64,000 nucleotides of DNA, taken from Octopus vulgaris (lineage: Eukaryota). The notes beneath the pieces are model-generated. The model did no database searches and was not told where the DNA came from. It saw only the letters and a program-made list of their open reading frames with translations. Below, in pieces: positions 38,424 to 53,090 of the stretch. The stretch's first letter is position 1. Each line of letters begins with the position of its first letter. Where the stretch lies: positions 49,104,001 through 49,168,000 of the forward strand of contig OX597819.1 in the NCBI GenBank assembly GCA_951406725.2, read 5' to 3'. Both the position numbers and the translations under genes were made by a program.

Positions 38424-38580
38424 CAGGGGTGGACTGAGCTGTCAGTCAATTGGGCACTACCCGAGGGCCCGGTGCTCTGAAGGGCCCAAGTTCTACATGT
38501 TAACTCTACTAAAATACACATTAAAGAGGCCCGATAAACAGTTATGCCTGAGGGTCCTTAATACTCCCAGTCCGCCCCTG
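38424..38580. mobile_element. 157-bp hAT-type MITE inserted in a family B SINE
   Basis: TIR caggggtggactg / cagtccgcccctg (12/13 match). 8-bp TSD tccagcat (38416-23) / tccagcaa (38581-88). Confidence 0.88.
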
Positions 38581-39024
38581 TCCAGCAAGCTAACAGTTCT
38601 GCCTGCTTACCACCTTGCAGCATCATTTTAAAGTATAACTGCTATTTAATGTCATTGTGAAGATTGGTTACATATAAACCTAATGTTTCAAAATGCTCAA
38701 CAATCCCAACATACATTTATAGTGATTTTGACAGGGAAGTTAATTTAGTGATAAAGATCTGTGTTCATGGTTTGACAGCTGATAACTGACAAGTGAGAAA
38801 GACAAGTATTTCACAATGTTTTGTCTTGTGTCATAACTCATAACTCCTGTCTCATCATTAAATGCATCAGAAAACTATTAGGCTGGTTCAGACACCTTCT
38901 CTAACTTACCATTTTCAACCTCCTGGGACCGTTACCTTCATGCTTCTCTCCTCCTGTTATTGATTTCTAATAATGGCATGAAGCTAGAAATTTTGTAAGG
39001 AAGGGGTATAGTACTTTAATTTTT

Positions 39025-39655
39025 ATCTTTTACTTGTTTCAGTCATTGGACTGCAGCCATGCTGGGGCACTACCTTGAAGGCTTTAGTTACTCTTTTACT
39101 CTTTTACTTGTTTCAGTCATTTGACAGTGGCCATGTTGGAGCACTGCCTTTAGTCGACCAAAGTGACCCCAGGACTTATTCTTTGTAAGCCTAGTACTTA
39201 TTCTATTGGTCTCTTTTGCTGAACTGCTAAGTTATGGGGATGTAAGCACACCAGCATTGGTTGTCAAGTGATGTTAAGGGGACAAAAACAGACACACAAA
39301 CATATACCCACACAAATCGATTTCAATTAATTTTTCTCTCATTTTTTTTTTAAAGTTTGGTACTAATTCTATAAGTGTCTTTTGCCAAACAACAAAGACA
39401 GGAATAAACCAACACTGGTTGTTAAGCAGTGGCAAGGGACAAACAACATAAACACACACACACAGACACAAACACAAACACACATACTCGCATCTGTAGG
39501 CTTCTTCACAGTTTCCATCTACCAAATTCTCTCACAAGGCATTTGTTAGCCTGAAACTATAGTAGAAGATACTTGCCCAAGTTACCATGCTGTGGGACTG
39601 AACCTGAAACCATGTGGTAGCAAAGCAAGCCCCTTAATCACACAGCCATGCCTGT
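39025..39655 (-). mobile_element. Two nested family A SINEs
   Basis: The tail block occurs twice (39025, 39090); the head ends at ~39655. Confidence 0.8.
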
Positions 39656-39937
39656 GGCTGTCATTTATACATTTGCATTTTACATTGCTATTTGTGAACA
39701 AAAACGTCATGGATCACATGACTCCAATGAACCAATCCCTAGAGTGAATTCATATCCTGGCCCGTATACAATGGTGGTGTAAAATATACATGTATAAAAT
39801 GTATCTAACACACAAAAACACACACACACACACATGTAATTATGATGAGCTTTCTCTCTCAAAGTTTCAATTTAGCCAATTCCACTCACAGAGAATAGGT
39901 GAATCTGAGGCTATTGAAGAAGATATTTGCTTGTTCA

Positions 39938-40012
39938 AGGTATATCAGCCAAAACATTGTGTTAACAACAAACAAGATGAGGACAAATACTTGTCAAATA
40001 TAAATAATGTAA
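39938..40012 (+). mobile_element. Family D 3' fragment
   Basis: ggtatatcagccaaaacattgtgttaacaacaaacaagatgaggacaaatac...aaataatgta. Confidence 0.75.
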
Positions 40013-40052
40013 AAAAAAAAGCACTGAACCCTCTTTTTATTTTATTGACATA

Positions 40053-40294
40053 GAGGCGCAATGGCCCAGTGGTTAGGGCAGCGGACTTGCGGTCGGAGGA
40101 TCGCGGTTTCGATTCCCAGACCGGGCGTTGTGTGTGTTTATTGAGCGAAAACACCTAAAAGCTCCACGAGGCTCCGGCAGGGGATGGTGGTGATCCCTGC
40201 TGTACTCTTTCACCACTCTAAAAGGCGGTGCTCCAGCATGGCCGCAGTCAAAATGACTGAAACAAGAACAAAAAAAAAAAAAAAAAAAAAAAAA
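40053..40294 (+). mobile_element. Young chimeric SINE: family C head, family A tail, poly(A)
   Basis: Nearly identical to 14981-15209. Confidence 0.9.
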
Positions 40295-40665
40295 TAGAAG
40301 AATTAACTATGTATGCAGACCATTACTTCATTCTTTACTGTCAGATGTGAAATACATTTGTGTTTATCTTGGCTTATGGATTATATTAAACCTTGTTATC
40401 TATCGGTGGTTGGGTTTAAGGTATTTTATCTTTTTAAGTCAGCTGAAATGAATATCTAAATTTATCTCGGCATTAACCAGGTGCTATAATCATTTAACTG
40501 AAACCAAAGACGGAATTGAAAACTGCAACAAAAGCTTACAAAAACCTAAAATAGTTGAGAGATAATCCTTGGCAAACATAATCTTTGACTATCTTCAATT
40601 AGAGAGGGGAAGTTGGGGAGGGAGAGAAGAGTAAACTGAAAGGCATTCTTTAAATACACCTACAC

Positions 40666-40707
<42 letters not shown>

Positions 40708-41417
40708 GGAGAGGAAGAGATATAGAGAAATAAAGGGATGGTCATACACTTGTACATACATGCATATATACATAATAAGATGATGAACTGTTCTGTTAGG
40801 AAGAATATATGAACATAGTTGTCCGATCAACTGAACTATGAGGCTCATTGAATTAGTGTGCAAGTGGTCGAATATTCCACAGACAAATGTACAATTAACA
40901 TAATTGTGATACAGCGTTATAAAGCTGGGCCTTTGACCTGTTGATACAATTCATCTTTATAGCTTCGACACAGTTTCCTCCTACTCAATATCACTCACAA
41001 AACTTAGATGAACTTGAGGTATTGATAAAAAAAAAATGCCCAAGATGCCATGAAGTGGGACTGAACCCATGATTTCATAACTGTAGCAAACTTCTTTACC
41101 ACTCAACTACATTGGCATCCATACTGAACATATACAGACACAAACAGAGCACACACACACATACAAAAAAAAAAAATTCCATAATTGTAATGAAGAGTTG
41201 TACATTCACTTTCATCATTAATTAGATAGTTTCCCCTATCTAATTATTAGAATATGTTTTCAAAAAGAAAGACAGGTATTTTTAGAAATTTACTGAAATG
41301 ACTTTAAGAACAAAGATATGTGTGTGTGTGTGTGTGGAAAGGAAGAATTATAGCTGCTTCAGAAAAGAAATACATTCACAGAATGAAATGAAGAGAAATA
41401 GACCAGATCAAATGAAA

Positions 41418-41735
41418 AATGATGATGATGATTGTGATACTGACGATGACGAGAACGACGATGATGGTGATGATGATGATGATAACGACGACGACGATGA
41501 TGATGATGATGATGATAGTGATGATGGTGATGATGATAATGATGGTGATACTAACGATGACGACAATGATGATAAAAGTGATGGTGATGATGATGACGAC
41601 GACGACGATGATGATGGTGATGATGGTGATGATGATGATGACAATTATGATGATGATGACGATGACAATGATGATGATGACGATGATGACGATTATGATG
41701 AGGGTGATGAGGATGATGATGATGAGGATGACAAT
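41418..41735. repeat. Degenerate (GAT/GAC)n microsatellite
   Basis: Seen directly; it explains the poly-Asp, poly-Met and poly-Ser ORFs. Confidence 0.95.
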
Positions 41736-42518
41736 TAAAAGATAATCACTTGGAAGACACAATAAGATGAGGCAATACTGCTTTCTACTAATTTTACTGA
41801 GTCAAAGTCTTCATACACGAACAGTTCAAATATGTTGCTTTGACCTTCTGAACTTACATAATTAACGGAGAGTTATGGAATGACATGGATTTGCTTGTGT
41901 AATATGGAATCGATAGATTCTTAGGCTAAGATTAATCAATTTAGAATTAGGTATTATCGATCTGATACTGGTATTGAACAATACTTCATTAATAGAAATT
42001 AATTTCCTTTCTACCACAGAATTTATTTGAAAATTGAAAGAAGGAAAGTTATTCACACAAGAAGAAAGACTGTTGAGAGAAAATATAATGAAGGACTGAA
42101 TGAATAAGTGAAAAACCGATTGAGTAAGTGACTGGATGGGAGGGTTAAATATACAAAGATATATAAATATTGACATTTACAATATTTATTAACATTGTCT
42201 TACGACTGATATATCTGATTTTAGCCTTTTGATCTTCTCTACATCTAAACATCAATTCTCAGATGGTTACCATATATGTGTATAAATAATAATACATCTT
42301 TGCTCTAACTTACTCAAAGATTTTTATGGTATCTATTCGTATATAAATTGGTTTTACACTAGACCTAAGTAGCTTTTTAAACTTGTAACCTCCAATTTAA
42401 TAATGAATTTCATATCATGTCTAAACAGTCTGCCTTGTTCATAATCTGATTTAGTCTAGTGGAAATAGACAGGGTGGAGTGAATGAATATTTGAAAATGT
42501 TTCCTTATTATGTTATAG

Positions 42519-42558
<40 letters not shown>

Positions 42559-45500
42559 TCTTACTTCACATACATATGATTGTGCACATCTGTGCACAAG
42601 CATGCAAGTTGATCATAACTAGTTTATAAAGTTAGGTGTCAAAACTATGGCACTGAAACAAAATCCTAAATGTCTAGACTGATATTACTTACTCATCCCA
42701 AAGGTCAGAGATATTTGGGAAGAAACAAAATGAAACCTAACAAAATAGACTTGTATGTAAAACATTTGGTTTGATGTGGTATGTTTTACGAAATACTAAA
42801 GAACTATTGAGGGACAGATGAAAATAGCTTCTATTATAAACACTAATATGATATCAGCCCAGCAAAAAAGTAGGTAACTCTATGGTAGCTCAACATGGAA
42901 GAAAAAGCAGCCAGATCTTCCTCATATCACATCATAATATTTTAGATTCAGTTAAGGTTAACAAGGAAATTGATTAAACAGGTTTTACAATTTAAATGAG
43001 AAAGAGATCTAAGGTTGACTGTGTTGGGACCTGTATCACTTCTCCACCTTGTTCAATATGATTTTTCCTTTAGAAAAGGTCAAACAGAAAGAGATAAGGA
43101 AAGCTACCTATAACTGGTTATGGGATTTTAGAGAGATACAACATCTGTAGAGAGAAGGATTCTGTTCAAAGTTGAATGAATGGTAAATGATACACAGGAT
43201 TGGAAGTGGAAAGACATCAAATTGGTTTTAACAGGGGAGAGAAGCATATGAGAGCAAAGAACATTATTGTTATGAAAGAACAAATAGAAACAGGAAGTAT
43301 GAGTTGGAGGCAGTTAATAAATGAAAGTTGGCTGGTGATCATAGAAATTGGCTTTTTTTTCAGATACAATGTTGAATGCTAGATACTGAGTAAGATACTC
43401 ATTTCCATACATCAGAGCAGTAAACACTGGTGCTTATTGCTAACAGCAATGGACTCGAAATGGATGCATATTTGTCAAAAGAATTTACACCGACAAAATT
43501 AATATGTAGTAATATTTATAAAGTACTTCTAGCAGGGGTAAATTTGAAAGAGAGAGTTTCCTCATTGACTGAAAATCATCATATATAGTAGTTGTTAAAG
43601 TTTCTAGCAAAAGCTACCAACTTGAAAGGACTTATACATTGTCAATAGAACTTATAATTACAACAGTTATGTGTAGTAAATATAAAAGGTCTAAGTTACT
43701 GATAACAAGTGTTACGGTTAACATAGTTATATTGTAAAGGATATTATGAGTGCTACCAGAAGCTGTGAACTTGAACATATCTATCACTGCACAGTTCTTG
43801 TGTCCTTGTATATGTATTTTCCTCATAAACAACAATGATCAATAATCTTCTGATTGATTTCTACTTTTTAAGTTGTTTTATGCTATAGTGTTTTATAGTG
43901 TTATGTAGGACATTAGTAAAATCCTATCCTGTACTGTTAGCAGAAAATGACTGATAAAGTGTCAGGTCAAGGTAAAGCAGAACAGTTAAAAATAACAGAA
44001 AGAATTTATAGTATTTAACTTGAGAAGGTGGAATGGTGGGTCTTCACTGAAGTAAATGCCAATGTGGATGCCAGGTAAGGAATCAGTACATAGTTCAAGT
44101 TCTGTCAATGAACTTTTTGTTCTTTCCTATCTTAAATTGTTGCTTATAATGATTAATACTGGTTTCAAATCAAATTTTAGCACAAGGCCAGCAATTTCGA
44201 GGTTGGGGATAAGTCACTTACATTGACCCTGCAAGGATGAAAGGCAAAGTCAACCTTGGTGGATTTTGAACTCAGAATGTAAAGACAAATGAAATGCTAA
44301 ACAGTTTTGCCTGGCATGCTAATGATTCTGCCAGCTCACCACCTTCTTACAATGATTAATATGATTTACATTAAACTTTTAGCAATTAGTTCCTAGCATG
44401 AATTATTAAAAGTTATACTTCTGAAAGCAACTGGACAAAATAGTGAGCTAAAATATCAAATTCAGAATATAGAGCAAGAATGGATGAAGGGGAGTGGGAG
44501 AGTTATTGAAGGACATCTGTACAAAAAACAAATAGTTAGGAGGACTCTGACATGTTTGATGTAGTGAGCCAAACCATTTTAACCAATAAAATTATACTAA
44601 TATTAATGAGAAAAAATTATTAGTGTAATGATTAACTCTCATTAAAAAGGGAGTGGGAGAAAACTTCAGAATTTTAATTAATCAAAATTGATTACAAACT
44701 TAATGGGGGAATGTAGTGGGAAGTGAAACTGATCTTTGGGAAATATAGGGACAACTTTGGAAATGTTTCAGCCTTTTGAGGGCTCTACAGCAAAATATTG
44801 ACTTATGGAAGTATACTCTTCTTGATCCTGTAGTAAGATTCTGGTTATATAGATATTTAGCCCCTGGGCAGCTTTGTGTTACTAATATTTTGATTGTAGT
44901 TCTGCTAAGCTGTGTGTGTGTGTGTGTGTGTGCACACGTGCATGTGCATGTGTGTTTCTATACATGATGTGTGGCTATAACTCTAAATTAGTCTTGAATG
45001 AGCAAATATATGATAAAGAACATTCTAGCTATGACCATCCCATCACTGTTTTTTTGTTAAACATACACAAAATATATAAGGGTGTGTCTTACCTTCTTTT
45101 AGAGTGATGAATGTAATGTGGGAAATTTTGCTGGTATTTCTAGCAATGTCAAGTGATCACACAAATACATGAGACCATACTCCTTCATACAGCTCACTTA
45201 ATTTCATTGCAAGTTAATAAAACAGAATGCTAATATAATAGCAGTGATCACAGTTTTATACAGATTCCAGTCATGAGAATTGTAAAACAAATTATTTTTA
45301 AGAAAAATAGCATCCAAGGAACCAAGAATTGGTCATTGTCAATAAATAGAGTTTAAATGGTACAACAGTGGAACTTAGTTTCTACTCCCAATTTTTCTTT
45401 TGGTACCATCAGAAAACATCTCTTTCCACTGATGGGTTCCTTACCTAAACATTAAATTATTAATCTTCTTCATACCAAATCAATTTATTTCACTTTTGAA

Positions 45501-45954
45501 GAAATTTAATCTGAAATCATGAAAGAGGGATTCACCCAGTTTTAGGATCTTAACTTTAGACAAGTCTTTATGAAATAGTGGAGGCATATGGCTTAGTGGT
45601 TTGGGTGTTCAACACATGATTGTAATATTGTGGTTTCAGTTCCTGGACTGGGAGACATAGTGTTGTTGAGCAAAATACTTCATTTCATGTTGCTCTGCTC
45701 CACTCAGCTGGTAAAAATGCATAATTCTGCACAAACCAGCATTCTATTCAGGGAGAAATATATATGCCAGAGAAACCATGCTCCTTACAGAGTAGTGTGA
45801 ATTAACCAAAATGAAATACTCAGGTTTCAAAGATTAAAGTTCTTTTATTTGTGTCTTTTAAGAATTTAGATATTTCACCCATCACTGAATAGAAAATTGA
45901 GCAAAATGTACATGTGTGAGTGTGTGTTATTACATAGTTATAAAGTCCATAGTT

Positions 45955-46550
45955 ATCATCGATTGGATCATGTGTAAGACCTCATCTGATAATTCCTAAG
46001 GATATCCAGTGAATGCATTTCTCCCATTTACAAAATCTTGACAATGCAGATGACCTGACAGCCCTCTCCTCAAGGAGAGAACATATATAGGAGAAAACTG
46101 ATGGGTTAAACAATTAGACAAAGCTGAGTGGTCTTAACATCAATGCTACAAAAACACAAGTCATGGATAAACTCCCATGACAACCCACACATATTACATT
46201 TGATTGTGAGCCACCAGATTATGCAGAAGACTTTACATATCTAAGAAAGCTTTATCAGTGAAGTAAATAGGACAAAATGAAAGTATATCTAAGCAGGGCT
46301 TACCAAAGTTCATGGAGAATTCCCAAAACTTCAGTCAATTTGGAAGATAAGGTGATCCAGTCTTAAGATTAAGATTCAGCTTTATAAGAGTAATATAAAA
46401 TCTGCCCTAATCTATGACTCAGAATACTGGCAAGTGTTAAAAGGTAAGATGATTAAGATCAATGCTTTCCACAATGGGTGCCTGAGGAAAATCTATCACA
46501 TCTTCTGGTCCAACAAAGCATCAAACGAAGAACTATACTGTGAGACCATT
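45955..46550 (+). pseudogene. Decayed RTE-clade LINE reverse transcriptase fragment
   Basis: IDWIM...LDNADDLTALSS (YADD box)...GLNINATKTQVM...FTYL...KSALIYDSEYW...NAFHNGCLRKIYHIFWSNKASNEELY, with stops and frameshifts. Confidence 0.85.
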
Positions 46551-46769
46551 GGGCCTTCAAATGGTTACACACACACACACACACACACACACAATGGGTA
46601 AAATACCAAAAGTAACATTAAGAAGGGGCTGAGACTTCTGGTGATTTGCTGTACTTGAGAAGACATGTCAATGTAAAACCATGACCATCCATAGATACAA
46701 CCATGTCCTTTATGGCCATGCCCTCAACTCCCTCTCTCAACTGAGAGGTCTTTGTCTTGCAGGTCTGTG

Positions 46770-47380
46770 GGTGCTGGTGCCACATAAAAAGCACCCATTT
46801 TGGTTCCACATAAAAAACACCCCTTTTGGTGCCATGTAAAATGCACCCGTTTTGGTGTCACATAAAAAACATCCATATTAGTGCCATGTAAAATGTACCC
46901 GTTTTGGTGTCACATAAAAAATATCCATATTGGTGCCATGTAAAATGCACCCGTTTTGGTGCCACATAAAAAATATCCATATTGGTGCCATGTAAAATGT
47001 ACCCGTTTTGGTGCCACATAAAAAATATCCATATTGGTGCCATGTAAAATGCACCCATTTTGATGCAACATAAAATATATCCCTGTTGGTGTCATGTAAA
47101 AGGCACCCATTTTGGTGCCATATAAAAACATTCATGGTGCCATGTAAAAAGCATATGGTACCATATGAAAGGCATTTGTGCTGGTGTCACATATAAAGCA
47201 CCTATGCTGGTGCCATGCAAAAAGTACCCAGTACACTCTGCAATGTGATTGGCATTAGAAAGGGCATCCACGTGTAGAAACCAAACCAGATCAGACATTT
47301 GGAGCCTGTGCAGTTCTCTGGCTTGCCAGCTCCTATCAAACCATCTAACCCATACTAGTATGTGAAACAGACGTTAAACA

Positions 47381-47414
<34 letters not shown>

Positions 47415-47462
47415 CGACGACGACGACGATAATGACGATGATGATTATGAGGATGACGATGA
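46770..47462 (+). mobile_element. Family E retroposon with expanded ~21/44-bp minisatellite and (GAT)n tail
   Basis: Many ggtgccatgtaaaatgcacc / ggtgccacataaaaaatatcc units at 46776-47230, then the E tail. Confidence 0.8.
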
Positions 47463-48077
47463 CCACCTGGGAAATCAAAGCCAGGATAGCAAAAGAACAG
47501 AAGGCATAGAACAACTGAAATGTGAGATGAGAGACATAGGACAAGGAACAGGCATTGCTGTCAGAAATCAAGGAACCAGAATAGTCGCTGAAAGATATCT
47601 TGTCTGATATTCTAGTAATTCTGTCAATTAACTGCTCTGGACTGGTATTTTATATATTAATCCAGAAAGGATGAAAGACAAAAGTGATTGCTGTGGGATT
47701 TGAACTCAGAGCACACAAGAGCCAGAACAAATACCACAAGATGTACTATCTAATGTCCTAATAATTGTCAGTTTGTTACACATACACACACACACGTATT
47801 AAGATCAACTCATATGAGCACTACTATGTTTTCTATATTTAGAATCTCTAGCTCGTAACTTTTGACTGTATACACATTTACATATATATTCTTTTCTACT
47901 CTAGGCACAAAACCTGAAATTTTGGGGGAGGGGACCAATTGATAAAATCAACTCCAGTACACAACTGGTACTTAATTTATTGACCTCGAAAGGATGAAAG
48001 GCAAAGTCGACATGTGTTCACACAAGTACATTTTAACTTGAATGGACTGGTGCATATGTGCATATATACACACATAG

Positions 48078-48214
48078 CTTGTTTACCAACCACATGGTTC
48101 CAGGTTCAGTCCCACTGCATGGCACCTTGGGCAAGTGTCTTCTACTATAGCCTTGGGCCGACCAAAGCCTTGTGAGTGGATTTGGGAGACGGAAACTGAA
48201 AGAAGCCCGTCGTA

Positions 48215-48254
<40 letters not shown>

Positions 48255-48472
48255 TGTGTGTGTGTGTCTGTGTTTGTCCCCCTAGCATTGCTTGACAACC
48301 GATGCTGGTGTGTTTATGTCCCCGTTACTTAGCGGTTTGGCAAAAGAGGCCGATAGAATAAGTACTGGGTTTACAAAAGAATAAGTCCCGGGGTTGAGTT
48401 GCTTGATTAAAAGGCGGTGCTCCAGCATGGCCGCAGTCAAATGACTGAAACAAGTAAAAGAGTAAAAGAGTA
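48078..48472 (+). mobile_element. Family A SINE
   Basis: Near-consensus copy, 5' truncated. Confidence 0.9.
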
Positions 48473-49451
48473 TATACACACACACATGGATCTGAATGGG
48501 ACTACAATTAAAGAATTACCAATACAACCCACCACCTTTTAAAGTGTCAAATTTTGCAGGTTCTGTCTGTCTGTCTGTCTGTCACTCTTTGATAACACAC
48601 ACATATACATATTACACACGATTCCAATATAAATAGGCCAACATCAACACCAACACCAGCACTAACGTTGAGCCTCTAACCTTACACTGTTCCTTTTAAA
48701 GTGTCAGATTTTTCAGGATTTTGTAAAAGAAAGACTTCAATTTTAAAGTGTATTTTATTGGAAAACATAATCAAATCATTTGAGATGTGTATATTGTTAC
48801 CAAAGACTTTACTAATATCAATACACTATTCCAGAATATTCTATTAAAAGAGTTACATATAAAAAAAGAATGTATGATTCTATGTCTGCAAATATATGTA
48901 CATATCAACACATCTGTGTACACAAAACATACACATATACACACATGTGATTATGTATGCTTGTATGTGTGTGCGTGTTTACAAAATCTATTTGAGTTGG
49001 ATACACATACACAAACACATTTACACACATACACTTATGTAAATGTATATATGAATACATGCACAGACAGAAGCCTACATAAGTGTACACATATGTATAT
49101 TACTTTTTTTTTTATACATTGAATTCTTCCAAAAAGAAGCTAGTCTCTAACAAAGAAACAATACCCTATTGTTCGAAGATAGAGAATAACAATAGTGAAA
49201 ATTTACATGCTGAATTTTAGAAAAATCTTAAATATTTTTTCTGCTCCAGTTGCAGACTGTATTTTCAAAATGCATGTCATTTGGTCACGTTGTTTGTCTA
49301 AAAAAGCATTCAGTCTTTCAAGATAACCATTACACATTTCGTAGCATAATCAAATGCTGCAATAAGTACGAATGTAAATATGTAGTACCTGGGTAGAGAA
49401 GTTAAAGGTTTTGTAGCAAATGTCCATATATATTCTTTTTCTCGCTGATTT

Positions 49452-50165
49452 CAAGGGTAAAGATTCCCTTCGGTCATGAATGACCATGGGATTGCACCTA
49501 GAAAGTTCCCTTCTGAGGCACAAGTCTGGGCAAGGTTGTTTATAGAAGACAAGCAGTTGCCCATGCATACCAGCCTCCCCTCTCTGCACCATTATATGTA
49601 CATAAGGTAAAGGGTAAAGATTCCCTTTGGTCACGAATGACCATGAGATTGCACCTAGAAAGTTTCCCTCCAAGGCACAGTCTGGACAAGGTTGTTATGG
49701 AAGACCAGCAGTTGCCCATGCATACCTATTTCTTTACAACCCACAAGGGGCTAAACACAGAGAGGACAAACAAGGACAGACAAAGGGATTAAGTCGATTA
49801 TATCGACTCCAGTGCATAACTGGTACTTAATTTATTGACCCCGAAAGGATGAAAGGCAAAGTTGACCTCGGCGGAATTTGAACTCAGAACGTAACGGCAG
49901 ACGAAATACCGCTAAGCATTTCGCCTGGCGTGCTAACGTCTCTGCCAGCTCACCGCCCATGCATACCAGCCTCCCCTCTCCACACCACCGTTGTTATCCA
50001 AGAGAAAGGCAAAGGCCAATACAGCTTGGCACTTGTGACATCAAAACTTATTTCCATGAAATAAAGTGTCTTGCTCAAGAACACAACACACAGCCCAGTT
50101 TGGGAATCGAATTCACTACCTCATGATTGTGAGTCTGGCGTTCTAACCACTCAGCCATGTGCACA
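49452..50165 (-). mobile_element. Family G-headed element with duplicated 3' segment, interrupted by a family B SINE (49727-49957)
   Basis: 49453-49590 is repeated at 49610-49726 plus 49968-49985. The B SINE has TSD catgcatacc at 49717-26 and 49958-67. Confidence 0.75.
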
Positions 50166-50409
50166 TATATACCAGCATGCTTGTATGTATGCACATAAAC
50201 TTGCATATATGTGCACATGTGTACATACATGCATGCAAACAGGCATGAATGTCATTGCATGTGTAGAGCTGTATGCCTAGATATATTTGTGCACATATGC
50301 CCACATCTGCATATTTACATGTGTGCAGACACACGCATGACTTGCTAAGCATCTGAAATGTATATACACAAGATGGATGGACAAATGTGCCTGGATGTAA
50401 GCAAATAGA

Positions 50410-50543
50410 TATTTTACTATTACTGCTATTACTGACAGCATTGCAGTATCTACTGCCAATACTGTTACAAATGCAGCTACTGCAGCCAACGCTGCAGCTG
50501 CAACCACCAAGACTTCATGCTACAGCTCTTGTACTTACTACTA

Positions 50544-50576
<33 letters not shown>

Positions 50577-50779
50577 TTGTTATTACTACTACTACAGCTA
50601 CTATGACTACTGATGCTGCTATTATTACAACTAGTACTACTGTTGCTGCTGCTGCAACTAAAACTACTACTACTAACATCACCACCAACACTACTACAAC
50701 CACCACTGTAGTACGATTCCTGCTGTTGGAGCAGACATGTAACATTTTACAACTGTCATTGCTTCTACTGTTGCTGGTG

Positions 50780-50820
<41 letters not shown>

Positions 50821-50930
50821 GCTACTGCTGCTGCTGCTGCTTTGCTGTTGCTGCTTCTGTTGCTGTAGTTATATCCAGTACTGTTATTATTTGATTATGG
50901 TTATAACAAATACTGAAGCTGTTTTCTAAC

Positions 50931-50969
<39 letters not shown>

Positions 50970-51103
50970 ATTATTACTATTATTATTGGTTCAGTCCCAC
51001 TGTGAGGCACCTTGGGAATGTGTCTTGGGAATGCCTCGGGCCGACCAAAGCTTTGTGAGTGGATTTGGTTGATGGAAACTGAAAGAAGCCTGTCATATGT
51101 GTA

Positions 51104-51139
<36 letters not shown>

Positions 51140-51638
51140 TGTATGTATGTATGTATGTATTTGTGTGTCTGAGTTTGTCCCCCCATCATCGCTTGACAAC
51201 TGATGTCTGTGTGTTTACATCCTCGTCACTTAGCGGTTTGGCAATAGAGACCAATAGAATAAGTACCAGGCTTACAAAGAATAAGTCCCGCGGTCGATTT
51301 GTTCGACGGAAGGCGGTGCTCCAGCATGGCCGCAGTCAAGTGACTGAAACAAGTTAAAGAACTACATGGTTACAACCCACTACCGTCACGTTAGCCGTAA
51401 ATCCAAACCCTGTAATGGAACAAGCCTGGATGCGTGTGCTAGTAATGCCATGTGAAGACCACATGTTGACAGTCGAGAAGCAGAACAGAGCAGAGCAGAG
51501 CAGAGCACATTGCTTCAGCAAAGAACCGGGGCTGAGCTACAGCTGTGTAGTGCAAACCTCACAATACTTGCAGCATATACACAAAATAAGACGATGCCAT
51601 ACATGCTGCGGCTACTACTACAACTACTGCAGATATTG

Positions 51639-51672
<34 letters not shown>

Positions 51673-52164
51673 AGCTGTCACTACTGCCAATGTTATTCTC
51701 ACTACTGATGTATTTTTTGTTTTTTGTTTTTGTTTTTCTTCTACTGCTGTTGCATATGTCTTCACTACTGCTATTACCGTTGATGACTGTCACGGCTACA
51801 ATTATTGTGTTGTTGTTGTTGTTGTTGTTGTTGTTTGCACTATTGCTACCATTGTTTCTCTGCATTCTTGTTGTTTACTGTTGATTCCTGCACCACCACC
51901 ACCACCACCACCACCACCACCACCACTACCACCACCTGCTTGTTAATGCTGTGTTGTTGTTGTTGCTATTGTTGTGTAGCCCCACCACACACCCCATGTC
52001 AGCCCTGATTGTGCAGGTCTATGATCAAAGGCATTCCAGCCACGACTATCCCATCTCGTCTCCAGATTGCAAAAAATGAAATGTGTCCATTAAAACAGGT
52101 CAAGCAACTGTACAGCAGACTCCTGCTTTGGTGCATTATCATCATCATCATCATCATCATTATT

Positions 52165-52195
<31 letters not shown>

Positions 52196-52355
52196 TTATA
52201 ATTAATTTTTGTTGTCATTTCATTCTAGGTATACCTCCCACACTTTCTGTCTGCCTTTGTATTGTCCCTCTCATCCGTTGCCCTGGTGGCAAATAAAAAA
52301 TCATCATCATCATCATTATCACCCCACCCCACCCCGCCACCATCACCCCCACCCC

Positions 52356-52386
<31 letters not shown>

Positions 52387-52418
52387 GTGTTTCTCATTAT
52401 CAGAGCATAGCAGCAGTT

Positions 52419-52461
<43 letters not shown>

Positions 52462-52806
52462 AAAATATTGTTGTTGCTTCTAATATGCTGAGATGGTGGT
52501 GGTGGTGGTGGTGGTGGAGGTGGTATCCCCCCCCCCCCCCGGTGGTGGCAATTGTTGTTTGTGCTGTCTCGTGTTTACATTGTTATTGCTGACTGTTTCT
52601 GCTGTCGTAATTGTTGTTGTCGTTGCTGTTGTTGTTGTTATTGTTGCATGGGATATCACACTGTTACTGCTATAACTTCTAACTAATGCTAATGTTGTAG
52701 TAGTAGTTAGTGCTACTACCACTATTGCCACTGCAACCAATACTGTTGCAACTGCACTTACAACTACTATGGTTGTTTTTACCGCCACCACCACCACCAG
52801 CACTAG

Positions 52807-52876
<70 letters not shown>

Positions 52877-52888
52877 ACTGCTGCTACT

Positions 52889-52953
<65 letters not shown>

Positions 52954-53050
52954 AATCAATGTAATTCCTGCTACTGGACACAGCAGACATGCATGAGCCC
53001 TTTTACCACCACTGCTGCAGCTGTTATTATTACTACAACAGCAACAACAA

Positions 53051-53090
<40 letters not shown>

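Noticed and set aside
41298-41762. Poly-Asp ORF of 146 aa (acidic biomineralisation-like protein)
   Set aside because: It is a pure (GAT/GAC)n microsatellite with no signal peptide or unique domain; overlapping ORFs in several frames are a repeat artefact.
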